From the NCBI GenBank assembly GCA_964270895.1, contig OZ185435.1: a DNA stretch of 64,000 nt, one strand, 5' to 3'. Every line of letters starts with the position of its first letter. Position 1 is the stretch's first letter. The DNA is from Podarcis filfolensis (taxonomy: Eukaryota). The translations under genes were made by a program, and so were the position numbers. This document shows, in pieces, positions 12,398 through 23,925 of this stretch. The notes below the pieces were generated by a model that did no database searches, had not been told where the DNA came from, and worked only from the letters and a program-made list of their open reading frames with translations.

Positions 12398-15300
12398 ATG
12401 GCTCTGCAACTATTAAGCTGGAATATTAATGGCTTTAACTCCCCGGAGAAGAGGAAAAAAGTCTTTCAGTTATTGAAAAAGGAACAATTGGACTTGATTT
12501 GTTTACAGGAAACACATGTGATAAGGCTGCACAGGAAAGTATTGATCAATAAAAGATTGGGTCAAGAGTTTATTTCATCGGATAAGGTTAAAAAAAGGGG
12601 AGTTGTGATTTATGCAAAAGAGAGCCTATCACCGAAATTTATGTTTAAAGATGAACAAGGAAGATTTGTGGCAACTGAAATTCAAGCACAAGGAGAGAAA
12701 TTTTTGATAGTAAGAGTTTACGCACCAAATGAGGGGAAATCGGAATTTTTTAAAAAGTTGCATGAGACATTGCTGGACTATATGGATTATAACATCATTA
12801 TGATGGGAGACATGAATGGAGTGGTATCCACAAACATGGACAAGGCACAGAGACAGGTAGTTACTAAAGACGGCAGACTACCAAAAACCTTTTTTGAGAT
12901 GACTGACAATATGGACTTAATTGACATTTGGAGAACAAAGAATCCCTTGGGTAGAGAGGGAACTTTCTTCTCTGAAGCCAAAATGACATGGACAAGAATT
13001 GACCAAATTTGGATAACTAGAGGACTGGCTCCTAAGACTCGAAAAGTGGAAATTTGCCCTAAAACTTGCTCCGACCATAATGCTGTGAAAATGGAGATGA
13101 AACTAACACCAACTGGTTCCTTCAGATGGAGGATCAATGACACCCTGTTTAGAGATAAAGAGGTTACTAAGAAGGCCCAAAAAACCTTGAGAGACTATTT
13201 TGAGATAAATATGAACACTACCATTGAAAAAAGAGTAGTCTGGGACGCAAGCAAAGCAGTTATGAGGGGGTTTCTAATTCAACAGAATGCAATAAAGAAG
13301 AGAACTCAAAATGAGAAAAAAGACAAAATTATGGAAAAAATAAAAGAGGGTGAGAAGAAACTGAGAGCGAAACCAAAGTCACAAGAGATTCTGAGAGAAA
13401 TAAAGTTATATCAAGTTCAATATATGAAGATGATGAATCAGGAAATAGAATGGAAAATTAAACAGATGAGACAAAGGACATTTGAATCGGCCAATAAATG
13501 TGGAAAACTGTTAGCTTGGCAAATGAAAAAAAGACAAAAACTTAACACCATTACCAACTTGGAAGTGGAAGGAAAGAACATTCAGAATCCAGTGGAAATT
13601 AGAAAATGTTTCCAGAGGTACTGTAAACAGTTATATACACAAGGGCCACAGAAAGAATTCGATATAGACCAATTCTTAAAAACAAATGGACTACAAAAAA
13701 TCTCTCAAGAAAACAAGTTAATGTTGAACTATAAGATCACAGAACAGGAGGTGGAAGGTGCCATCCAGAATATGCAGTTGGGCAAATCTCCAGGGCCAGA
13801 TGGCTTAACCTCAAAATACTATAGATCTCTGAAAGATTGGATAATTCAACCACTAAAGGAGGTTTGCAATGAAATTTTGGAGGGGAAAAAAGCGCCAGAG
13901 TCGTGGAAGGAAGCTTATATTACAATTGTACCGAAAACCGAATCTGAAAAGACACAACTTAAGAACTACCGCCCCATATCCCTGCTTAACGTGGATTACA
14001 AAATTTTTGCAGACATTTTGGCTAAAAGACTAAAAAAAGTATTAATGGAGGAGATACATAAAGACCAAGCTGGCTTTCTCCCGGGTAGACACTTGTCTGA
14101 CAACACGAGAAATATAATTAATATTTTGGAGAAACTGCAAGTGAATATTAACACTAAAGCAGTTTTAATATTCGTAGATGCGGAGAAAGCTTTTGACAAT
14201 ATTTATTGGAGTTTTATGAAGAAAAATCTTCAGGGGATGGGGGTTGGTCAAGGTTTTGAAAACGGTATAGGTGCAATTTACTCAGAACAAAAGGCTAAAC
14301 TAATTGTTAATAATGTGGTGACAGAGGAATTTAAGATAGAGAAAGTGACACGACAAGGCTGCCCAATTTCCCCATTGCTCTTTATTTCGGTCCTGGAGGT
14401 TTTGCTAAATACGATCAGAAGGGACCGTTTGATTAAAGGTATACAGGTCGGAGCCAAACAGTACAAATTGAAAGTTTTTGCAGATGACTTAGTACTGACG
14501 TTACAGGAGCCAGAATCTAGTACTAAAAGAGTATTGGAATTGATTCAAGAATTTGGTTATGTGGCAGGATTTAAGCTGAACCAGTTAAAAACTAAGGTTC
14601 TTGAGAAAAACTTAACACCGATTGAGAAAGAGAGGTTTCAGAAGTAGACAGGTTTAACATTGGTTAATAAAGTGAAATATCTGGGGGTTAACATGACCGC
14701 TAAGAACCTAAATTTATTTAAAGACAATTATGAGAAATGTTGGTCAGAAGTGAAAAAGGATCTAGAAATATGGTCAAATTTGAAGCTGTCCTTGTTAGGT
14801 CGAATTGCTGCTATAAAGATGAATGTATTGCCAAGAATGTTATTTCTGTTTCAATCATTGCAAATTTTGGACAAAATGGACTGTTTCAAGAAGTGGCAGA
14901 GAGATATTTCTAGATTTGTCTGGCAGGGCAAGAAGCCCAGATTAAAATTTAAAATATTAAAGGAAAGAGGTGGATTCGCCCTGCCAGACCTTAAACTTTA
15001 CTACGAATCAGCAGCATTCTGCTGGTTGAAAGAATGGCTGCTTCTTGAGAACACAGACATTTTGGATTTAGAAGGTTTTAATAACGTTTTTGGGTGGCAT
15101 GCATATTTGTGGTATGACAAGGTTAAAGCACATAAAGCATTTAAAAACCATATTGTCAGGAAAGCATTGTTCAATGTCTGGATAAGATATAAGGACCTAC
15201 TTGAAAATAAAACCCCAAGGTGGTTGTCACCAATGGAAGCAAAGGCCCAGAAAAAGCTCAATATGGAGGCCAAATGGCCGAAATATTGGGAAATTCTGGA

Positions 15301-16126
15301 ACAAGAAGGAGACAAATTGAAATTGCAGAGTTTTGAGAAACTAAAAGATAAAGTGCGAGATTGGCTTCATTATTATCAAATAAGGGAGGCTTACAATTTG
15401 GAGAAAAAAATTGGCTTCCAGGTGGAAAAATCAAAATTGGAAACAGAACTGCTAGATCCCAAAACTAAGATACTTTCAAGAATGTATAACTTGCTGTTGA
15501 AATGGAACACTCAGGATGAAACGGTTAAATCTGCTATGATTAAATGGGCACAAGATGTTGGACATAACATTATGTTTGCTGACTGGGAACAGCTGTGGAC
15601 CACAGGTATGAAATTCACAGCATGTAATGCCTTAAGAGAGAATATTATGAAAATGATATACAGGTGGTACATGACACCAGTCAAGCTTGCAAAAATCTAC
15701 CATTTGCCCGATAATAAATGTTGGAAATGTAAAGATAATGAAGGTACATTCTTTCACCTTTGGTGGACGTGCCCAAGGATTAAGGCTTTCTGGGAGATGA
15801 TATATAATGAAATGAAAAAGGTATTTAAATATACCTTCTTGAAGAAACCAGAGGCCTTTCTCCTGGGCATGGTTGGCCAATTGGTGTTAAAGAAGGACAG
15901 AACTTTTTTTATGTATGCCACAACAGCAGCAAGAATACTTATTGCAAAGTACTGGAAGACACAAGATTTACCCACTCTGGAAGAATGGCAGGTGAAAGTG
16001 ATGGACTATATGGAATTGGCGGAAATGACTGGCAGAATCCGAGACCAGGGAGAAGAGTCGGTGGAAGAAGACTGGAAGAAATTTAAGGACTATTTACAGA
16101 AACACTGCAAAATTAATGAATGTTAA
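12398..16126 (+). pseudogene. L1 ORF2 (APE endonuclease, RT, C-terminal Cys/His domain) with one in-frame TAG
   Basis: SWNING, CLQETH, GDMN, RIDQIW, SDHN (endonuclease); GKSPGPDG, NYRPISLLNVD, DAEKAFD, RQGCPISP, FADD, KYLG (RT); CWKC...HLWWTC. The only break is TAG at 14645-14647, and the frame continues to 16126. Confidence 0.93.
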
Positions 16127-18074
16127 AATGATGTTGGAATGAAATGAAGCGGTTTTAGTAACAATGTTAAAAAGGAGTATGTAAAAATGATTTATTAAAT
16201 AGATGAAATTATAAGGTTACAATATGTTAAGATAAAGAACTAAGATAAATACAAAGAGGAAAAGGATTTGCTGAATTAACCATTCGAAATGGAATACAAA
16301 AAAGGGAGGTGTGAGGAGGTCAGGGAAACAAGTCAATGAAAAGTAAGATATTGAAAGATGGACTTATTTTTCTTTACTGTTTTTTCTATTTTCTTTTTTT
16401 TCTACTCTGTATTTTTTATTGTTTCTTTTCTTTTTTTATTATCTTATTATTTTTGTAAACTCTTTCTTGAAATTTGAATAAAATATCATTTAAAAAATAT
16501 ATATTTTTTACTGAAATTTATGGAAACTGCCTTGAGCTGAAGAAAGGTGGTCTATCAATATTTTCTGTAAATAACATACTCAAATCCCACCAACATGATT
16601 ATGGGCTTCCCTGTTGAGGAAACAGCATTCATTAGTAAATGGGGTCAAATGTGGGGTGCCGTTTCCTTTTTCTGCAGTGCATGAAAGCGCAAGAGGACTC
16701 TGGGGGCAAAAGCATCCCCTCAGAAGTGCTGTAAGCCATGGAGCCCTCTGCCCCCAAGTCAGTGCAAGAGACGGAGCCTTAGAGTGCCACAAAACCACTC
16801 GCCTGTCTGCTGACTCTTTGGTGCTACATAGGTGTTGCTAGGAAGGTTGAGGGGCACTGGAAGCCCACTGCTAGCATCTCAGCATCATCCCTCAGGGACC
16901 CTGAGGGCCATCCAGTCCCATCACCTCCATGCTTGCTGAGTCCCCTATTCAATTCCAGTGAAATATTATCATTTTTTTTGAGGAAGAGAGATCCACACAA
17001 ATCAGGAAACCTTTTAATCCCACCTTGACTAAAATCCCATAGCATCACGGGGGCTGAATCCGGCCCAGTTGGACAGCCATGGATTAACTCAATTGGGGAT
17101 CCTCTAAATGGCTCTGTTCTGGCTTCCTGTTCCTCCCTGAGCCCAATTTAAAGGTGAGCATCACCTTTTTGATCCAGGATGTCTAAAAAACAGCTTGCTC
17201 TTGCTATGCCTGTGCCTGCCCACAGAGTCTCTGCTCCACATCCATGACCTTGTAAAATAAGGCAGGTGAGTATGCAGAGAGTATTGGGTGGGGTATGTGA
17301 TGCCTTCTTGGTTGTTCCCCGGACTCTGGACCTGCATCTGTCAGAAATCCCGCCGATCCCCTTCTCTTCTCATTCTTAGGAAAATGGCAAAAACAGACTT
17401 GCTCAGACCGACTTTCAGTCTTGAGTGATTTGCGGCCCTTGAGAAGCTGGTTTTCTTGCTTATTGTTTCCTGACGCTTATTTTTATTGATGCTCGTCTCG
17501 TTATTGTTGCCTGCTGCTTCAAGGGTCTTTCTGGCTGCAAAACAACACATAACTGTAAATAATACTAATAAGGTGTCATGAGCACTGCCTGGTCTTTGCC
17601 TGAACAGGGTACCACTGCTACTCCCAGCCCCCAAAGCATGATGTAGCCCTCTGGTCAAAGCGGAGGAGAAGAGCAGGAGGGCATGCCCTACTCAACATTA
17701 CAGCGTATCTGGATAACTGATAGGTGGAAAAGAAAAGCCAGCCAGCGATGACTCTCACGAGATGGCAGAGCCAACGAAGAAGGCAAGCCCAGCAGCACTC
17801 CTGGTGCAGAGTGCTGAAAGCAATATGGCAATGCATAAATCATGTGAAAGGCACCCCTGGGTGCAGATGGTCAAGAAGCAGAGCAAGACCTTGCAGAAAA
17901 TGCATTCTAGGGGAGGCGGGAGGAATCTCTGCCAGGCAGTTTGCAAAAGATTCATAGTCCTGTGGTTTGAATGAATCTGGAGCTATTCAAAACTGGTATC
18001 ATTTAGGAGTAAGTCCTTCTGCAAGTCAGCAGGATTCTCTGCTGAATGGCCTCACCCTGTGCACTATGGGAACC

Positions 18075-18150
18075 AAATTACTGTTATTTAACCTCTAGGT
18101 TAGCGTACTGCAATGCATTATATGTGGGGCTGCCTCTGGAGACGGTCCAG
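18075..18150 (+). mobile_element. Small L2 fragment
   Basis: [21 protein letters not shown]. Confidence 0.65.
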
Positions 18151-18419
18151 AGGTCCAGAGGGCAGCAACACAAAAACAAGCCTTTTCTCCCTCCCTCCCC
18201 AGGGAGACTCGCCTGGAACCTTCATTGCATATCTTTAAGTGCCAGGCAAGAACATTTCTTTATACCCAGGCCTGTAGCCAATTAGCATCATATCTAGTCT
18301 GAGTCCAGCTCAAATACGAGAACTCGAAGGAGGAAGAGCAGTCGGGGCCATGAAGTTGCCTGTCAACAACGAGCAGCGTCTGGAGTACAGACTGAGCAGG
18401 CACTCACAAAGCTCACCTG

Positions 18420-18475
18420 GGCTGGATCTAGACACATTCCAAAAACGTTTCAGGAAAACGCATTGTAAAGCTCAT
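18420..18475. repeat. Dispersed MITE-like end (GGCTGGATCTAGAC), inverted copy at 57979-58034
   Basis: GGCTGGATCTAGACACATTCCAAAAACGTTTCAGGAAAACGCATTGTAAAGCTCA aligns with the reverse complement of the 57979-58034 segment. Confidence 0.6.
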
Positions 18476-21400
18476 AATGGGAAATCACGTTGCTGAAGGA
18501 TTGAACTCTACAGCACCATCACAGTGTGATGTCATACTCTTTCCCACCAGAGAGTTTCTACAAAGCATAATAAATATTTCTAAATCTGTATCTATGCCTT
18601 GAAGTTAGCATAGGCAAATTTTATGCAGGTCCCTGTCCTCTTGCTGCTTCTTTTTCAGGAGGAAGGGGATACACACGTGGCTGTCCCAACAGGGACCCTG
18701 GTCATCTCTCACCAGCTGACTCTGATGTCCTTTCACTCAGAAGCATCACTCCTTGCAGGACTACTTACTTGAAAACATGGCAACTTGGCTTTGGCCAGAC
18801 ATCCTGTGCAACTGCAGCCACCACCTTTCCTAGGAACGTCTGTCTTCCAGAAGAGAAAGTGCATAACTGAGAAGGCCTTTGTGTGTCCTCATTAACATGC
18901 ATCATAAACCATCCAAAGAACTGTACTTTTATTGCAGTGCTTCTATTGAAAAATCTAATGGGCATTAAGAGGCTGACAAGAATAATAAATGCCAGTAATT
19001 AATAACTGCAGCCCTGAAGCAAGCCCTCCCCCCACCCCGCCAAGGGCTGAGACGTGGCTGTGTTTGCTCCAGTGTTCCTGTAACCAGGACCTCCTGGGGC
19101 TGAAGAGGGAATTCTGCCCTGACTTCTTGAATCATCTTCTCCCTCCAGGCAAGTCTGGGCCCCCATTGTCTCCCATCCGTCAGTCCATCCAGATTTACAA
19201 GGCACCCTAGTTCAAAGGGAAAGGGCCTCTCTTTTTAGAGAGCAATTATGGAACTCTCTGCCTCAGGAAGCCGTGATGGCCATCAACTTGGGTGGCTTTA
19301 AAAGTGGATTAGACAAATTCACAGAGGAGAGGAGGGCTATCAAAGGCCAATAGCCATGGGGAGACAGCAATGCTGCCAAAGACCAGCTGCTAGGATCCAC
19401 AGGAGGAGGAGGTGCTCTTGTGTTCACGTTCTTCTTGCTGGCTTCTCGTTGAGGCATCTGGCTGGCCACTGAGGAAAGGATGCTGGACTCCAGCAGGCTC
19501 TTCCAATGTTTTTATGTGGTGCTTTTGTTCACTTTGTGTGTGAGATTGGGGGTGTCTCAATAAGCAAACCAAAAGTTTTGTTTCCTGCCCCTCCAATAAC
19601 AGCGACACGAGTGCCTGTGCAAGTAGGGAATGTCTTCTGGGGGTGATCAGATCTTGGGGCCAAGCCTGGAGATCCCATGGAATGGCTTACTGCTCCCAGC
19701 AAAAGTGGTGCTGATTCACCATGGGCAACAGGCAGGCCTGTGGAGCAGTCAGACATTCCCACAGAGCAGTGCCAGCAGGGGAGGAGGATTGGGACTCCAC
19801 ACATTTGTACAGGACAGAAGCTGTGCTATGATGGTTCTGGACAATGCCACAGCCAGTGACGGAAGGGAGCATTTGAAGGGGTCTGTCGGCACACCAGCAG
19901 AGGTTACTCCCGAGTGAACCTTTCCTTCAGTGTTGCTGGCAAGTGAACCCAAAATACATGATGTGCAGATGACAGTTTAATGACTCAGAAAGGATTCAAT
20001 AAGTCCGCTAACGTGTGGCTAATTCTTTACATCCTGGAGGAAGGGCTTAGCCACAGCGGCCATTGACTAATGGCAACCTTGGCAGACACGTTTCAGAGAG
20101 GCTTGCAGTTGACAATGTGTAATCAAAAGGGCCCTCCTTGTCACGAGGGGCACAAGTAGCCCATTCTTCATCCTTATAAAACACGTCCAAGTGTCCTTCA
20201 TGCGGCAGCACTCGTCTCAGTTGGGAGCACTTTCTGGTAGGCTCTGCTGCCCCCAGCTGGCACTAGAGGGGAGGACGGGGCTTTGGGACTATGTTTAGAG
20301 GAAGAGGAGAACCAAGGCAGAGGTAGGTCCACCAAGGGCAGCCTGTGGTTGGGAAGGAAAACTCCTAGGCATTCGGAATGAAAACCAGTCTTTCTCTGGG
20401 CCTGAGGAATTGCATCTGGAGTGCCACACTCCCAGAGTCCATCAGCGACCAGGACACTAAGTTGGGAGGCTCACCAGCTCAGGAATCCAGCTGGCCTTCT
20501 CACCTGCCACACTGAGAGGTCTGCCAAGTGCTCTTCACCAGCCACAATTCACCTGCCTTATACCAATAACATTGCTGAGGACTGGTGCGATGGGGTGGCT
20601 GGAGTATTGGTCATGGGCCACGTCACAGGCTCATGTTGTGATGGGGTTGCCCTGCCCTGTCTTCATCCCCCCCCCCCCGCCCCCTTTGGCTTCCAAAGCA
20701 CAGTCCTGAAGTCATTCGAGTGGCTGAAATAAGAATGTGATCAATATGTGATGCATGACCAGATAGGAGAAAATGGGAGGGTTGATTAATGTGTCCATGT
20801 ACAGCATCAGCAGCTCATGTGCACGATACATTTAATCTCGAGTGTTTTACTCAGCAACAGAATGATTCAAATGTAATTTATGTATGAAATTAATGAAGCA
20901 AAATAATTCATGAGAATGAATTGTTAGAACAAAGAATGTTTCAAAATTCAGGAGCTGCATTTTTAAAAAATGGTTCTATTATCATTGAATTAGGGAAATC
21001 AAGGTGCCCAATTTATCAGTGCTAAGATGTTCAAGGTGTTTTGAGGTAATCAAGACTGAGGATAATGGCATGCTGGGAGTTTCATTCCTGGAACTCACAA
21101 TTGCTATTAAAACCTCTCTTTAGTATGGCCAAAGCAGGAGCAGAAGTTGCAAGATTTATTATGGAATAAAGGGAGGCACTCATAGTGTGCATAAATCTGG
21201 GCCAGGGGGCCATGATTAACGTGCAGACCAAGAAGCGTCACACTGACGCTTTCCGAAATGTGAAATGGCTCCTTCTCAGTAACCAGGCCTACACTTCATC
21301 ACGAGGGGCTGTTGGACACAGAGCCTTTGCCAAGCAACTGAGACCATGTGCCGTTTGCTACCTGGGACTCACTGGGCAAAGTGCCTCTAATAATTTCAGT

Positions 21401-22569
21401 CGCAAGTGCCAAGCACGGGCAGTTGAGTGCTGTAGACCAAGTGCTTTGGCAGCAGTCTGGGATCTTGGGAGTTCGAGCTTCATTAGGATGTTCACCTCCA
21501 GTCCATTCATGGACTCAAGTCTCTTGGCTTTGGTCAGTCAGAGCAACTTCAAGGGGGGCATGGATGGATCACACTGTCATGGACCATGTAATGATCAGCC
21601 ATTGATGTACTCAGGTGAAGAGTCAAGGGGATCTCCCCCTCCTGCTGCAACAAGCTCTCCTCCCATCTCCCAGAACCAAAAAAAGGTTGAAATGGGAGGA
21701 GGAAGGGCAGGCTGCATGCAGACACAGTCTCAGATTGCTTGGGGGAAGCCCCAGAGAGGAGAGGACTTTGATGGCTGTGGGAAAGCTACGAGTTTCAGTC
21801 TCTGCAATTAGATCTGACACTCAGCAAAATCTGTGAAGATTGTGTCTTTACAATAGAGTTAACTCCAACTTTAAGCAGTGTGCTTTTCTGACAGCTCACT
21901 CTGTGACACCCTAGATCATTTTCACATGTACTACTGGCAACTAGGTGTCCCCCATCTTATATTTGTGCATCTGGTTCTTCCTGTCTAAGTGTAGAAGCTT
22001 CCTTTTGTCCCCCTAGGAGCTGGGGGCACTGTTATACAGTGGTTCTGCTCCTTCCTCCTGGGCCATGTTCAGAGAGTGGGGGGGTGAGTGTTCAGACCCT
22101 TGGGCTCTCACTTTTGGGGTGCCTCAAGGTTCTGTCCTCCCCCCCCATGCTTTTCAACATCTACATGCAGCCACTGGGAGAGATCATCAGGGGGCTTGAG
22201 CTGGGTGTTCATCAATATCCGGATGATACCCAGCTCTAACTCTCTTTCAAATCAGAACCAGTGAAGGCGGTGAAAGTCCTGAGTGAGTGTCTGGAGGTGG
22301 TTGGAGGATGGATGGCAGCTAACAGATTGAAGTTGAATCCTGACAAGACAGAAGTACTGTTTTTGGGGGACAGGAGGTGGGCAGGTGTGGAGGACTCCCT
22401 GGTCCTGAATGGGGTAACTGTGACCCTGAAGGACCAGCTGCACGGCTTGGAAGTCATTTTGGACTCACAGCTGTCCATGGAGGCGCAGGTCAATTATGTG
22501 TCCAGGGCAGCTGTTTATCAGCTCCATCTGGTACACAGGCTGAGACCCTACCTGCCCACAGACTGTCTC

Positions 22570-23286
22570 TTTTTTTATATATGTAAGATATTTATTAAGG
22601 TTTTTTTAAAAGTACAAAAAGAAACATGAAAAAAACCATCCTTTTAAACAAGAGAAGATGAAATACAAAAAAAGAAAAAAGACAGATCAAAAAGAAAAAA
22701 ACAGAGAATTAAAATCCATTAAACAAAAAGAAAGATCAAGAAAAAAAATACAGCAACTCTTCCCATTTGTTTTCTTTCATTAGCTTATTTCCCTGACCTC
22801 CTCACACCTCCCTTTTTTGTATTCTAAGTCAGTTATCCATTTCAGCAAATCCTTTCCCTCTTTTCAAATTTTTGTCCTGTAAATTTATCTTGATATTAAT
22901 ATAAGTTTACTTTCCCTCCTTTCACCAATTAACAGTCTGTTTTTTCTAAATCTTTGTGACATTTCTGCTAGAATCACACAAATTCATTCCAACATCATTC
23001 TAACATTCATTAATCTTACAATACTTCTGTAAATAAACTTTGAATTTCTTCCAATCTTCCTCCACCGACTCTTCTCCCTGGTCTCGGATTCTGCCAGTCA
23101 TTTCCGCCAGTTCCATATAGTCCATCACCTTCATCTGCCATTCTTCCAGTGTGGGTAAATCTTGTGTCTTCCAATGCTTTGCAATAAGTATTCTTGCTGC
23201 TGTTGTAGCATGCATAAAGAAAGTTCTGTCCTTCTTTAGCACCAATTGGCCGACCATGCCCAGGAGAAAGGTTTCTTCAGAAAGGT
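22570..23286 (-). mobile_element. 5'-truncated L1 3' fragment, related to the full-length element
   Basis: Minus strand encodes FLLGMVGQLVLKKDRTFFM...LQKYCKINEC, nearly identical to the ORF2 end at 15850-16126. 3' UTR with AATAAA and A tail. 7-bp TSD CTGTCTC at 22563-22569 and 23287-23293. Confidence 0.93.
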
Positions 23287-23365
23287 CTGTCTCGCCAGAG
23301 TGGTGCATGCTCTAGTTATCTCTCGCTTGGACTACTGCTATGTGCTCTATGTGGGGCTACCTTTG

Positions 23366-23416
23366 TTTTTTGTTTTTTTAAATAGTATTTATTGAAGTTT
23401 TAAGGTTACCCTTTTT
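23366..23416 (-). mobile_element. Ultra-short (51 bp) L1-type 3' end insertion
   Basis: TSD TACCTTTG (23358-23365, 23417-23424) splits the L2 motif GTGGGGCTACCTTTGAAGGTG. The insert's reverse complement ends ...CTTCAATAAATACTATTTAAAAAAACAAAAA. Confidence 0.75.
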
Positions 23417-23925
23417 TACCTTTGAAGGTGACCCAGAAACTACAACTAATCCAGAATGCAGCAGCTAGACTGATGACTGGGAGTGGCTGCCAAGACCACA
23501 TAACACTGGTCTTGAAAGACCTACTGTACGTTTCTGCGCACAATTCAAAGTGTTGGTGCTGACCTTTAAAGCCTTAAACGGCCTCGGTCCAGTATACCTG
23601 AAGGAACATCTCCACCTCCATCGTTCTGCTCAGACACTGAGGTCCAGCGCCGAGGGTCTTCTGGCGGTTCCCTCACTGCGTGAAGCCAAGTTATAGGGAA
23701 CCAGGCAGAGGGCCTTCTCGGTAGCGGCACCTGCCCTGTAGAACACCCTCCCACCATATGTCAAAGAGAAAAATAACTACCAGACTTTTAGAAGACATCT
23801 GACGGCAGCCCTGTTTAGGGAAGCTATCGTACTTTAATATTTTGTTGGAAGCCGCCCAGAGTGGCTAGGGAAACCCAGCCAGATGGGCACGGTATAAATT
23901 AGTAGTAGTAGTAGTATTAGTATTG

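Larger units (their letters stand above)
10387..16499 (+). mobile_element. Full-length L1 LINE (~6.1 kb) with TSD
   Basis: Starts GACTTCTGG...AATGGCGG with a CpG-rich 5' UTR, then ORF1, a 7-nt spacer, ORF2, and a 3' UTR with AATAAA and a short A tail. Flanked by TATATTTTACTGAAATTT (10369-10386) and TATATTTTTTACTGAAATTT (16500-16519). Removing the element restores a decayed LINE-tail-like sequence. Confidence 0.95.
22016..23925 (+). mobile_element. 5'-truncated L2 LINE interrupted by two L1 insertions
   Basis: RT remnants ([41 protein letters not shown]) and an L2-type 3' end with microsatellite tail. Same family as 49530-51308 and 60400-61311. Continuous once 22570-23286 and 23366-23416 are removed. 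Confidence 0.9.
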
